Part shown: positions 19,469 through 28,766 of the stretch, piece after piece
How positions within the stretch are numbered: position 1 is the stretch's first letter
Layout of the letters: every line of letters starts with the position of its first letter
Origin: a virus
DNA: 64,000 nt
Reading direction: 5' to 3' (one strand)
IMG/VR virus record: IMGVR_UViG_3300020198_000002
Span: 52,602-116,601 of that record
The notes under the pieces: generated by a model
Told to the model about the DNA's origin: nothing
The model's input: the letters and a program-made list of their open reading frames with translations, nothing else
The model's database searches: none
Made by a program: the position numbers and the translations under genes

Positions 19469-20860
19469 ATGCAACAACAGTTTAACTATAACCAACTCAC
19501 CGAAAAGTGGGCACCTCTTCTAGACTATAATGGTCTAGATCCAATCAAAGATTTACACCGCCGTAATGTTACTGCAGCGCTTCTTGAGAATCAGGAGCAA
19601 ATGCTCCGTGAGAACGCTGAGTTCCTCGGCGAAGCATCACCAACCGTTTCCGCTGGTACTGGTGGATTCAGTGGTAGCTCCACAGCATCAGGACCTGTTG
19701 CTGGTTTCGATCCCGTTCTGATCTCACTGATCAGACGTGCAATGCCTAACCTGGTTGCTTATGACCTGGCAGGTGTTCAACCAATGAATGGTCCTACTGG
19801 ACTCATCTTCGCAATGCGTTCACGCTACACCAACCAAAGCGGAACAGAAGCACTCTTCAACGAGCCAGATTCGGCATTCGCTGGTCAGAACTCTGGAAGA
19901 AACCTCACCGCAGGATTCGTTGACGGTGCTGCTGGTTTTGGTACGACTGCACAGTCAGGCACCAACCCATCAGTCCTCAACCCAGTTGGTTCCGCAACAA
20001 CCTCTGCCTACAACGTTGGCGAAGGTATGACCACTGGTAACGCTGAGGCACTCGGAGATGGTGCGGGTAACCACTTTGCAGAAATGGCATTCTCAATCGA
20101 GAAAGTCACTGTTACTGCAAAGTCACGCGCACTGAAAGCTGAGTATTCACTTGAGCTCGCTCAAGACCTCAAGGCAATCCATGGTCTGAATGCTGAGGCT
20201 GAACTCGCAAATATCCTCTCAACTGAGATTCTTGCCGAGATCAACCGCGAAGTCATCAGAACCATCTACAAGATTGCTGAGCAAGGTGCAACCCTCAACA
20301 CCGCAACCGCTGGTGTATTTGACCTCGACGTTGACTCCAACGGTCGTTGGTCGGTTGAGAAGTTCAAAGGTCTGCTCTTCCAGATGGAAAGAGATGCAAA
20401 CCAGATTGCACAAAGAACTCGTAGAGGGAAGGGCAACGTTATTCTCTGCTCTGCAGACGTTGCTTCCGCTCTAACCATGGCTGGTCTCCTCGACTACACC
20501 CCTGCACTCAACGCTAACCTCAACGTTGATGACACTGGCAACACCTTTGCTGGTACTCTTGCTGGTAAGTTCAAAGTTTACATCGATCCATTCGCTGCAA
20601 ACAATGACGCCAACCAGTACTACGTTGTTGGTTATAAGGGTTCTAATCCTTATGATGCAGGTCTATTCTACTGCCCATACGTTCCTCTCCAGATGGTTCG
20701 TGCAGTTGGTCAGGACACCTTCCAGCCAAAAATTGGATTCAAGACTCGTTATGGAATTGTTGCCAACCCATTTGCAGAAGGCACCGATCAAGGTCTTGGT
20801 AGACTCCTCGCTAACGCAAACCGTTACTACAGAAGAGTCAAAGTTACCAACCTCATGTGA
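19469..20860 (+). CDS. gp23: Major capsid protein gp23
   Basis: EKWAPLL, AGFDPVLISLIRRAMPNL, KSRALKAEYSLELAQDLKAIHGL, FQPKIGFKTRYG. Confidence 0.99.
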   Translation: MQQQFNYNQLTEKWAPLLDYNGLDPIKDLHRRNVTAALLENQEQMLRENAEFLGEASPTVSAGTGGFSGSSTASGPVAGFDPVLISLIRRAMPNLVAYDLAGVQPMNGPTGLIFAMRSRYTNQSGTEALFNEPDSAFAGQNSGRNLTAGFVDGAAGFGTTAQSGTNPSVLNPVGSATTSAYNVGEGMTTGNAEALGDGAGNHFAEMAFSIEKVTVTAKSRALKAEYSLELAQDLKAIHGLNAEAELANILSTEILAEINREVIRTIYKIAEQGATLNTATAGVFDLDVDSNGRWSVEKFKGLLFQMERDANQIAQRTRRGKGNVILCSADVASALTMAGLLDYTPALNANLNVDDTGNTFAGTLAGKFKVYIDPFAANNDANQYYVVGYKGSNPYDAGLFYCPYVPLQMVRAVGQDTFQPKIGFKTRYGIVANPFAEGTDQGLGRLLANANRYYRRVKVTNLM

Positions 20861-20880
20861 TTCATTCACGACAGTTTTTG

Positions 20881-20905
20881 GGGGTCCAAACGGACCCCTT
20901 TTTTT
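20881..20905 (+). terminator. Rho-independent terminator after gp23
   Basis: GGGGTCC-AAAC-GGACCCC followed by T7. Confidence 0.92.
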
Positions 20906-20927
20906 ATGAATAAATAAAAATAAAAAC

Positions 20928-21485
20928 ATGGCTAGAACTGGATCTGGAACTTTGAGTGCTTGGGATAGGCAAATCCAAAATAGAAATTTTTTGTCTCCAG
21001 TTGGATTTAAATTTAATTTATCAAAAGCACCAAAAGTAGATTTTTTTTCAACCTCAGCTAATATTCCATCCATTGATTTGGGTGTAGCTATTCAACCAAC
21101 GTATCTAAAAGATATTCCCATCCCAGGGGATAAGTTGGTATATAATGATTTTAGTATAAATTTTTTGGTAGACGAAAATTTAGAAAATTATTTACAGATC
21201 CATAACTGGATGCGAGGTCTGGGTTATCCAGAATCCGTGCAAGAATATTCTGATCTTGTAAGCGAAGATCCCTACTTACCAGATAATCCAGAAGCAATTT
21301 ACTCAGATGGCACTCTACTAATCTTTAATAGTTCTCTCAATCCAATTGTAAAAGTTACCTTCAAACACTTATTTCCAGTATCATTGACTCAAGTTGAATT
21401 TGATTCCCAAGGCAGTGATATAACATATGTTACTGCCACAACAGTTTTTAAATACACAATTTACGATATTAAAAGTTTGATATGA
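20928..21485 (+). CDS. gp3: Tail completion protein gp3
   Basis: NRNFLSPVGFKF, PGDKL.Y..F...FLVDENLENY..IHNW; ATAAATA at 20910. Confidence 0.9.
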   Translation: MARTGSGTLSAWDRQIQNRNFLSPVGFKFNLSKAPKVDFFSTSANIPSIDLGVAIQPTYLKDIPIPGDKLVYNDFSINFLVDENLENYLQIHNWMRGLGYPESVQEYSDLVSEDPYLPDNPEAIYSDGTLLIFNSSLNPIVKVTFKHLFPVSLTQVEFDSQGSDITYVTATTVFKYTIYDIKSLI

Positions 21486-21910
21486 ATCTTGATGAAATCC
21501 AGACTATGTGGGAATTAGATTCCCAAATTGATAATGACGATCTGCATTTAGAGTCAACAAAAATTCCATCTCTACATGCAAAATATTTTAAATTATTCAA
21601 TTCCGTGTTGACTTTAAAAAAGTCTCAGGAGAATAAGTTTAAAATTTTAAAAAAAGAAAAGTGGGAATACTACACAGGAAAATCAGATCCAGAAGTGTAT
21701 GTAGAAAACCCCTTTGATTATAAGGTACTAAAAACAGATTTAGACAAATACTTAGATGCAGATCAAGACTTGATTCGATGCATAACCAAAATAGAATATT
21801 ATCAGATGATGATAAATTACCTAGAAAGTATTATCAAAGTAATTTTAAATAGAAGTTTTCAAATAAAAAATGCTATTGAATGGCAAAAATTTATAAGAGG
21901 ATATGACTGA
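21482..21910 (+). CDS. uvsY: Recombination mediator UvsY
   Basis: IPSLHAKY, WEYYTGK, RSFQIKNAIEW.KF. Confidence 0.92.
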   Translation: MNLDEIQTMWELDSQIDNDDLHLESTKIPSLHAKYFKLFNSVLTLKKSQENKFKILKKEKWEYYTGKSDPEVYVENPFDYKVLKTDLDKYLDADQDLIRCITKIEYYQMMINYLESIIKVILNRSFQIKNAIEWQKFIRGYD

Positions 21911-23369
21911 TTTAATTATTTCTAAAAAGAACGAAGTATATCTACAAGTAAAAGCGGAACCACATATTAATCAAGAATTGTCCGAATATTTTACTTTTGA
22001 TGTTCCTGGTGCAAAATTTATGCCTCAATATAGAAGTAAATATTGGGATGGAAAAATTCGTTTATTTTCTACGGCAACAGGAGAAATATACGTTGGTCTT
22101 TTAGATAAAATAGTTGCATGGTCAAAAAAATCTGGATATACTGTTAGTTTCGAAAACAATAAATTTTATGGAACTCCGTTTGAACATAATGAAATAATTT
22201 CGTTAGAGGGAGTTAGCAATTATATGAGGTCGATCTCAAAACATCCTCCTAGAGATTATCAAATTGATGGTGTTTATGATGCCTTAAAATACAATAGAAG
22301 GCTGTTGATATCTCCAACTGCTTCTGGGAAATCGTTGATGATTTATTCTATAGTAAGATATTTTGTAGAATCTGGTAAAAAAGCTTTATTGATAGTACCA
22401 ACGACATCTCTTGTAGAACAAATGTATAAAGATTTTGAAGAGTATGGGTGGGACTCAGATAAGTATTGCCATAAAATTTATTCTGGTAAAGAAAGGACGA
22501 ATGAATATCCAGTGACAATTACAACTTGGCAATCAATATACAAATTAGATAAAAAATTCTTTGATGGATTTGATGTTGTAGTTGGAGATGAAGCACACCA
22601 ATTTAAATCCAAATCTCTAATTGGAATTATGACAAAACTAAGAGATACGAAATATAGATATGGATTTACTGGAACACTTGATGGATCTCAGACGCACAAA
22701 TGGGTCTTAGAAGGTTTGTTTGGTCCTAGTTATAGGATTACACAAACCAAGGATTTAATTGAGAAAGGACATCTATCCAAATTAAATATTAGAATTTTAC
22801 TACTTAAACATCCACCACATAAATTTGAAACCTATGAAGATGAAATTCAATATTTAATCTCACATGAACAAAGAAATAAGTTTATCAAAAATTTATCCCT
22901 GTCATTAAAAGGCAATACACTAATTCTTTATAGTAGGGTAGATACCCATGGAAAACTTTTATATGATTTGATAAATAATTCTGTTGATAAGAAACGTAAA
23001 GTATTCTTTGTTCATGGTGGAGTAGGAGCTGGAGAACGAGAGTCGGTAAGAGAGATTACCGAAAAAGAAGATAATGCAATCATAGTTGCTTCTTATGGAA
23101 CGTTCTCTACAGGAATTAACATTAAAAATCTACACAATGTTGTTTTTGCATCTCCATCAAAATCAAGAATTAGAAATCTCCAATCAATTGGGAGAGTTCT
23201 AAGGAAAGGAAATAATAAAACACAAGCAATATTGTATGATGTCTCTGATGATATAACGTATAAGTCTAAAAAAAATTATACGCTGAATCACTTAATAGAA
23301 AGAATCAAAATTTATAACGAAGAAGATTTTAACTATGAATTCACTCAAATAAAATTAAAAGAAAACTAA
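21903..23369 (+). CDS. uvsW: SF2 helicase UvsW
   Basis: WDGKIRLF, SPTASGKS, GDEAH, GFTGT, QSIGRVLR. Confidence 0.97.
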   Translation: MTDLIISKKNEVYLQVKAEPHINQELSEYFTFDVPGAKFMPQYRSKYWDGKIRLFSTATGEIYVGLLDKIVAWSKKSGYTVSFENNKFYGTPFEHNEIISLEGVSNYMRSISKHPPRDYQIDGVYDALKYNRRLLISPTASGKSLMIYSIVRYFVESGKKALLIVPTTSLVEQMYKDFEEYGWDSDKYCHKIYSGKERTNEYPVTITTWQSIYKLDKKFFDGFDVVVGDEAHQFKSKSLIGIMTKLRDTKYRYGFTGTLDGSQTHKWVLEGLFGPSYRITQTKDLIEKGHLSKLNIRILLLKHPPHKFETYEDEIQYLISHEQRNKFIKNLSLSLKGNTLILYSRVDTHGKLLYDLINNSVDKKRKVFFVHGGVGAGERESVREITEKEDNAIIVASYGTFSTGINIKNLHNVVFASPSKSRIRNLQSIGRVLRKGNNKTQAILYDVSDDITYKSKKNYTLNHLIERIKIYNEEDFNYEFTQIKLKEN

Positions 23370-23785
23370 TGGAAGAAGAATTTTACGGAACTATAAAATT
23401 AATATCTGGAGAAGAAATATTTGCTGAGATTCTCCCAGTAAAAGAAGAAGGAAGAACTTTACTACTTCTTTCCGATCCCGTTGAGGTGCAAACTATTTCA
23501 ATAGGATCAAATGGTGTAGAGGGAGTTAAGATTGATCCATGGATTAAAAGTCAATCCGATAGTGTTATTGTCATCGATATGGACAAAGTAATTACAATAC
23601 TTGAAGCAGATGATGACTGTGATATGATTCGTGCTTACAAAAAATTTCTAAGAACCAGATCACAAAGAACAAATAAATCCAGACTTAGTAAGAAGATGGG
23701 TTATCTAAATACGGTAGCAAATGCGAGGATCACTCTAGAAAAGATATACAAAATGAAAGCAGCTAATACTGATTCTGAACTCTGA
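23369..23785 (+). CDS. Conserved hypothetical protein between uvsW and gp55
   Basis: FYGTIKLISGEEIFA, KKMGYL.TV..AR..LEKIY; translationally coupled to uvsW. Confidence 0.8.
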   Translation: MEEEFYGTIKLISGEEIFAEILPVKEEGRTLLLLSDPVEVQTISIGSNGVEGVKIDPWIKSQSDSVIVIDMDKVITILEADDDCDMIRAYKKFLRTRSQRTNKSRLSKKMGYLNTVANARITLEKIYKMKAANTDSEL

Positions 23786-23792
23786 CAGAGTT

Positions 23793-23821
23793 ATTATACT
23801 AATTTTTAAAGGTCTTGTCAA
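23793..23821 (-). promoter_or_regulatory. Perfect sigma70 consensus promoter pointing antisense into 23369..23785 and uvsW
   Basis: Reverse complement: TTGACA (23821-23816), 17-nt spacer, TATAAT (23798-23793). Confidence 0.7.
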
Positions 23822-23843
23822 TAAGTTTGGATTATGTTAAAAT
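23815..23843 (+). promoter_or_regulatory. Sigma70-type promoter for gp55
   Basis: TTGTCA-N17-TAAAAT with TG extended -10. Confidence 0.65.
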
Positions 23844-23878
23844 TGGTACATGTTGATTGAATCTAAGGTCAATGGGAT

Positions 23879-24400
23879 ATGCAAATCAAAACGAAAAAAA
23901 GATCAGAGCATTATGTTAATAATAGAGAACTATTAGATGCATTAGTTGTTTATCGAAATAAAGTTGAAGAACATTTTTATAGTAAAAATGGTAGAAAACC
24001 AACTAAAGAAGATCGATCAAACCATTGGGAAGGCAAACCCACAATTCCAAATTATTTGGGTGAGTGTTTTCTAAAGATTGCCACACACCTTTCATACAAA
24101 CCTAACTTTGTTAACTACATGTTTAGGGAAGATATGATCTGTGATGGCATTGAAAATTGTGTTCAATATATTCACAACTTTGATCCAAGTAAATCGACAA
24201 ATCCATTTGCATACTTTACCCAAATTATTCATTATGCTTTTCTCCGTCGTATTCAGAAAGAGAAAAAACAAATGGAAATTAGATCTAAAATTTTAGAAAG
24301 ATCTGGATATGATGAAGTATTTTTCGTAGATGATGATTACGGGAATCCTTCTGATTTCAATTCTATAAAAGACGCCGTTCAATCGAAACTGAATCAATGA
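23879..24400 (+). CDS. gp55: Late transcription sigma factor gp55
   Basis: HYVNN, GECFLKIATHLSYKPNFVNY, NPFAYFTQIIHYAFLRRIQKEKKQ. Confidence 0.97.
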   Translation: MQIKTKKRSEHYVNNRELLDALVVYRNKVEEHFYSKNGRKPTKEDRSNHWEGKPTIPNYLGECFLKIATHLSYKPNFVNYMFREDMICDGIENCVQYIHNFDPSKSTNPFAYFTQIIHYAFLRRIQKEKKQMEIRSKILERSGYDEVFFVDDDYGNPSDFNSIKDAVQSKLNQ

Positions 24401-25683
24401 AAATAGCTATTATTGGCAAAGGAACTAGTGCTTTAGTTACTGCAATGATTGTTCTTCGTAGAGGACACCTTGTGGAAATGTTTTACGATCCTAATCGAGA
24501 ACATTTACGAGTTGGTGAATCTACAACTCCACACATTTCCTGTCTCATTAGAGATGTTCTTGGATTGTGCATCGGAAATCTAATCGATGATAAGATTGCT
24601 TCATACAAGAACGGAGTCCATTTTATTGACTGGGGTAAAGGTGGCGAATTTACTCACCCTTTTAATAGTAATCATACCGCATTCCATTTGGATAGTGGTA
24701 GATTTAATCCATATATTCTTGATCTTCTTCAAAAGAAGAGGGGTGTCAAACTACATGCAGAAGAGTATACTGGATACATTGAACTACCAAATGATAGAAT
24801 TAGTATCAATGAAAAGGAATTTGATTTTGTAATCAACTGTAGTGGTTGGCAAGATGATAGCGAGTATTCCGAACCATTGCTGGAAACAGTGAATTCTGCA
24901 TTACTGTTTACTATTCCAGAGATGAATCAATATCACCATACAATTCACCTCGCTCATCCACACGGTTGGCAATTCCAACTCCCATTCCCAGAACTGAATG
25001 GTGGTGAAAGTCACTGTGGATTTATGTATAATAGTAAGTTCACGACTTTAGAGGAAGCAAAAGCAAGAGTTAAAGAACAACACGGTGATGTTGTTACTAA
25101 AGAAATTTCTTGGAAACCTAGGTATGCTAGGAGAATGATCAAAAATAATTTTGAAGCATTCAACGGTAATCGATTGTTCTTCCTGGAACCTCTTCAAGCT
25201 CTGTCTCTTGATTATTACAAACTCCTTACAGAATCAATTGTTGATTTTCTAGAACAGAGATCCTATCCAAAGTTTTGCGAAATTAATAAGTATTATCGCA
25301 AAGAGATGATAGACTACCAGTATGCACTGGCTCTTCATTACCAATTTGGATCAATTTACGACACTCCTTTCTGGAATCACGTAACGACTCAAGCAAAAAA
25401 TAATCTGAAGTATCACCCAGTTGCGTGTGATGATGGTCTGTTCTATGAGTACATGATGTGTGATACAATAACTTCTGATGATCTAAGGACGCCATATCAG
25501 TGGAAAGAACAAGTCAGACCTGAACATTTTACTGCTCAAGGTAGACCTAATATTGGTAATACTGTAACGGCACATTTACAGATTGGTGGATTTAATTATT
25601 TTGATACCAAGACTCTCTACTGTGGATTTAATCAGATTAGATTTTTAGACTTTGATGAAAAGTATGATGGTTTGCCTAGATGA
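24397..25683 (+). CDS. Flavin-dependent tryptophan halogenase-like protein
   Basis: IIGKGTSA, VGESTTP, ASYKNGVHFIDW, HGWQFQLP, FLEPLQA, LHY...FW. Confidence 0.8.
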   Translation: MKIAIIGKGTSALVTAMIVLRRGHLVEMFYDPNREHLRVGESTTPHISCLIRDVLGLCIGNLIDDKIASYKNGVHFIDWGKGGEFTHPFNSNHTAFHLDSGRFNPYILDLLQKKRGVKLHAEEYTGYIELPNDRISINEKEFDFVINCSGWQDDSEYSEPLLETVNSALLFTIPEMNQYHHTIHLAHPHGWQFQLPFPELNGGESHCGFMYNSKFTTLEEAKARVKEQHGDVVTKEISWKPRYARRMIKNNFEAFNGNRLFFLEPLQALSLDYYKLLTESIVDFLEQRSYPKFCEINKYYRKEMIDYQYALALHYQFGSIYDTPFWNHVTTQAKNNLKYHPVACDDGLFYEYMMCDTITSDDLRTPYQWKEQVRPEHFTAQGRPNIGNTVTAHLQIGGFNYFDTKTLYCGFNQIRFLDFDEKYDGLPR

Positions 25684-26723
25684 AAATAGCAATTATTACT
25701 GATACTCATTACGGTGGTCGTAGATGCAGTAAAACTTTTCATGATTATTTTCAGAAATTTTATGAAAATATATTTTTCCCCTTTTTAGAAGAAAATAAAA
25801 TTTCCGTTTGCATTCACATGGGAGATGCCTTTGATAATCGTAAAAGTATTGACTTTTGGGCTTTGAACTGGGCGAAGAAAAATGTTTATGACAAGTTTAA
25901 AGAACTTGGTATTCAGGTTTATCAATTGGTTGGTAATCATGACTGTTATTATAAAAACACAAATGAAGTAAACTCTATTACTTCTTTATTGGATTATTAT
26001 AATAATATTGTTCCAATCTCATCTCCTGGTGAATATAATATCAACGGATTCAAAGCATTTATGGTTCCTTGGATTTGTGCTGAAAATTTAGAAGAAACAA
26101 AAACAAAAATTTTAAAAACAAAAACAAAGATATCTTTTGGTCACTTAGAACTGAATGGATTCAATACTTATCCTGGACATGTTCAACAACATGGTATGGA
26201 TAAATCTATATTTCAAAAATTCAAATATGTATTTTCGGGACATTATCATACTAAGAGTAATGATGGCCATATTTTTTATTTGGGAAATCCATATCAACTG
26301 TATTGGAATGATGTAAATGATAAGAGAGGGTTCCATATCTTTGATACTAATACATATGAATTAGAGTTTATCGAAAATCCATACACAATCTTTGAAAAAA
26401 TTTATTATGAAGATACCAATCCAAGTTTGTTTAATGTTGAACCTTATGTAGATAAAATTATAAAAGTTATTATTCGCACAAAAACAAATCAAGTTCTGTT
26501 TGAAAAATTTATTGATAAAATTATCAAAGCTGGAATTATTGATTTGAAGATTGTTGAGAACGTTCAAATCTATGATGAAGATGTTGATTTTGATACGGAA
26601 AAAATAGAGGACACTATTACTCTCTTGGATAAATATGTTGATGACTCCGATTTTTCTTTAGACAAGGAACGAGTTAAACAACTTCTGAAAGAAGTTTACA
26701 TAGAAGCCTGCGAATTAGAGTAG
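25680..26723 (+). CDS. gp47: Recombination nuclease subunit gp47 (Mre11/SbcD-like)
   Basis: ITDTHYG, GDAFDNRK, GNHD, SGHYH, YLGNPY. Confidence 0.97.
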   Translation: MKIAIITDTHYGGRRCSKTFHDYFQKFYENIFFPFLEENKISVCIHMGDAFDNRKSIDFWALNWAKKNVYDKFKELGIQVYQLVGNHDCYYKNTNEVNSITSLLDYYNNIVPISSPGEYNINGFKAFMVPWICAENLEETKTKILKTKTKISFGHLELNGFNTYPGHVQQHGMDKSIFQKFKYVFSGHYHTKSNDGHIFYLGNPYQLYWNDVNDKRGFHIFDTNTYELEFIENPYTIFEKIYYEDTNPSLFNVEPYVDKIIKVIIRTKTNQVLFEKFIDKIIKAGIIDLKIVENVQIYDEDVDFDTEKIEDTITLLDKYVDDSDFSLDKERVKQLLKEVYIEACELE

Positions 26724-26724
26724 A

Positions 26725-26988
26725 ATGTACATTTTATCTCTTATTGGACAAGAAGGAGAGGGTGCTTATGCTGTTGAGGATGAAGATGGCGAAAAAGCCC
26801 TTTACATATTTGAAGAGGAAGATGATGCAGAAAGATTCGTCGGACTATTAGAAGCGGATGATTATCCAGAATTGACAGTTGTGGAAATAGATCCAGAAGT
26901 TGCAATAAAGACATGTGAAGTGTATAATTATAGATACGTAGTAATATCTCCAGATGATTTTGTAATCCCACCATATGATTCTATTTAA
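26725..26988 (+). CDS. Conserved acidic hypothetical protein
   Basis: GAYAV, LYIFEEEDDAERF, DDFVIPP; between gp47 and gp46. Confidence 0.8.
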   Translation: MYILSLIGQEGEGAYAVEDEDGEKALYIFEEEDDAERFVGLLEADDYPELTVVEIDPEVAIKTCEVYNYRYVVISPDDFVIPPYDSI

Positions 26989-28696
26989 AAAAATTAGATG
27001 GCGTAACTTTTTATCAACAGGAAACAAGTTCACCGAAATTGAATTAACCAAAGCAAATACGAATCTTATTGTTGGAACAAACGGTGCAGGCAAGAGTACG
27101 ATTCTTGATGCACTTACTTTTGTTTTGTACAACAAACCTTTTCGTAAAATTAATAAACCACAATTAATCAATAGTGTAAATGATAAAGATTGTGTGGTTG
27201 AAATTGAATTCTCGATTGGTGTTCGGGAATATAAAGTTGTACGCGGAATTAAACCAAATATTTTTGAGATATGGATAGATAATCAACTACAGAATCAAGA
27301 TGCTGCAAATTCTGATCAACAAAAATACTTAGAAGAAAATATCTTAAGGTTAAATTATAAGTCTTTCACTCAGACGGTAATTTTGGGATCAGCTACTTTT
27401 GTGCCATTTATGCAACTTTCTGCTTCCAATAGAAGAGATATTGTTGAGGATCTCCTGGACATCAAAATCTTTTCTAGCATGAATTCCATTATAAAAGAAA
27501 AGATTAGATCTGCAAATGATGTAGTCAGAGAGTCTTCGATCAAAAAAGATTTGGTTGAAGATAAAATTGAGATGCAAAAAAATTTTATTGCTGATTTGGA
27601 TAAACGCGGTAAAAACAGAATCCAAGATAAGAAGAAAAAAATTAAAGAGCTTGAAGACTCTATAGAAGTTTTTTTTGATATGAATAATGGGTCTAATTTT
27701 ATTTTAGAATCCAAACATGAAAAACTAAAAGAGCTTTCAAAGTCCAATAAAAATCTAGAAAAACTTAAATCTATCAAATTAAAACTGAATCATAAAATAC
27801 AACAGTTATCTGAAGATCATAAATTTTTCGGTAGTAATACGGTTTGTCCCACCTGCACTCAAGAAATTGAAAATGATTTTAGGTTAAATAAAGTTGGAGA
27901 GATTGAAAGTAAAGCTTATGAGCTTAAACAAGCATATGATGAACTTCATGTAAGTATACTTGAAGAGGAAAAACGAGATAATGAATTCATTGAAATCTCC
28001 AAAGAAGTTTCTAGAATCAACAATGACATTTCTACCACAAATACAAAAATTTCTGAATATCAAAGACAACTACGAGAACTCGAACAAGAAATTCAAGAAA
28101 TTGTCGAACAAATTGCAAACAGAAATTCTGAAAGAAACGCTCTTAACGATTTAGAAAATGAACTAGAAAAAATTTTAATTCAAAAATCAAATACTACAGA
28201 ACAGATTGCGTATCTAGAATTCTCTCATTCTCTTATGAGGGATGGTGGGGTAAAATCTAAAATAATCAAAAGATACCTACCAATAATGAATCAGCAGATT
28301 AATAAGTATCTGCAAAAAATGGAATTTTATATTAACTTTACTTTAGATGATGAATTTAAAGAAAGCATAAAGTCTCCCATTCATGAAGATTTTACTTATG
28401 ACTCTTTTAGTGAAGGCGAAAAAATGAGAATCGATCTGGCTCTTCTCTTCACCTGGAGAGATATTGCTAAGATGAGAAACTCTGCATCTACTAATTTACT
28501 AATTCTTGATGAAATTTTCGATTCATCCTTAGATGGAGCGGGTACAGATTTCTTCACTAATATTATTAGATATATGATTCAAGATACAAATGTTTTTATT
28601 ATTTCGCATAAAACTGAAGAATTGACTGATAAGTTTGAAAATCTAATAACCTTTGCCAAAGTGAGTGGATTCAGTAAATTGGTGGGGACACTTTAA
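26975..28696 (+). CDS. gp46: Recombination ATPase gp46 (Rad50/SbcC-like)
   Basis: NFLSTGN, GTNGAGKST, CPTC zinc hook, FSEGEKMRIDL, ILDEIFDSSLD. Confidence 0.98.
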   Translation: MILFKKIRWRNFLSTGNKFTEIELTKANTNLIVGTNGAGKSTILDALTFVLYNKPFRKINKPQLINSVNDKDCVVEIEFSIGVREYKVVRGIKPNIFEIWIDNQLQNQDAANSDQQKYLEENILRLNYKSFTQTVILGSATFVPFMQLSASNRRDIVEDLLDIKIFSSMNSIIKEKIRSANDVVRESSIKKDLVEDKIEMQKNFIADLDKRGKNRIQDKKKKIKELEDSIEVFFDMNNGSNFILESKHEKLKELSKSNKNLEKLKSIKLKLNHKIQQLSEDHKFFGSNTVCPTCTQEIENDFRLNKVGEIESKAYELKQAYDELHVSILEEEKRDNEFIEISKEVSRINNDISTTNTKISEYQRQLRELEQEIQEIVEQIANRNSERNALNDLENELEKILIQKSNTTEQIAYLEFSHSLMRDGGVKSKIIKRYLPIMNQQINKYLQKMEFYINFTLDDEFKESIKSPIHEDFTYDSFSEGEKMRIDLALLFTWRDIAKMRNSASTNLLILDEIFDSSLDGAGTDFFTNIIRYMIQDTNVFIISHKTEELTDKFENLITFAKVSGFSKLVGTL

Positions 28697-28743
28697 CAAG
28701 TAGCACATTCCCCCTTTCCAGGGGGAAATTTTTTCTGTATACT
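28689..28743 (+). promoter_or_regulatory. Putative early promoter: ACTT-N4-AAGT palindrome plus TATACT -10
   Basis: CACTTTAACAAGTAGCAC at 28689, TATACT at 28738; same geometry as the 30952 element. Confidence 0.6.
28708..28734 (+). terminator. Rho-independent terminator after gp46
   Basis: TTCCCCC-TTTCCA-GGGGGAA then A and T6. Confidence 0.75.
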
Positions 28744-28766
28744 TAGTTCAAGTAAAACAGTTTTCC

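Noticed and set aside
19469-20860. Higher GC in gp23 suggesting horizontal transfer
   Set aside because: Explained by C-ending codon preference in a highly expressed gene; synteny is intact
12741-20909. Many 60-130 aa alternate-frame and antisense ORFs over gp18-gp23
   Set aside because: They lie inside well-conserved genes, lack RBS or motifs, and are expected shadows of biased codon usage
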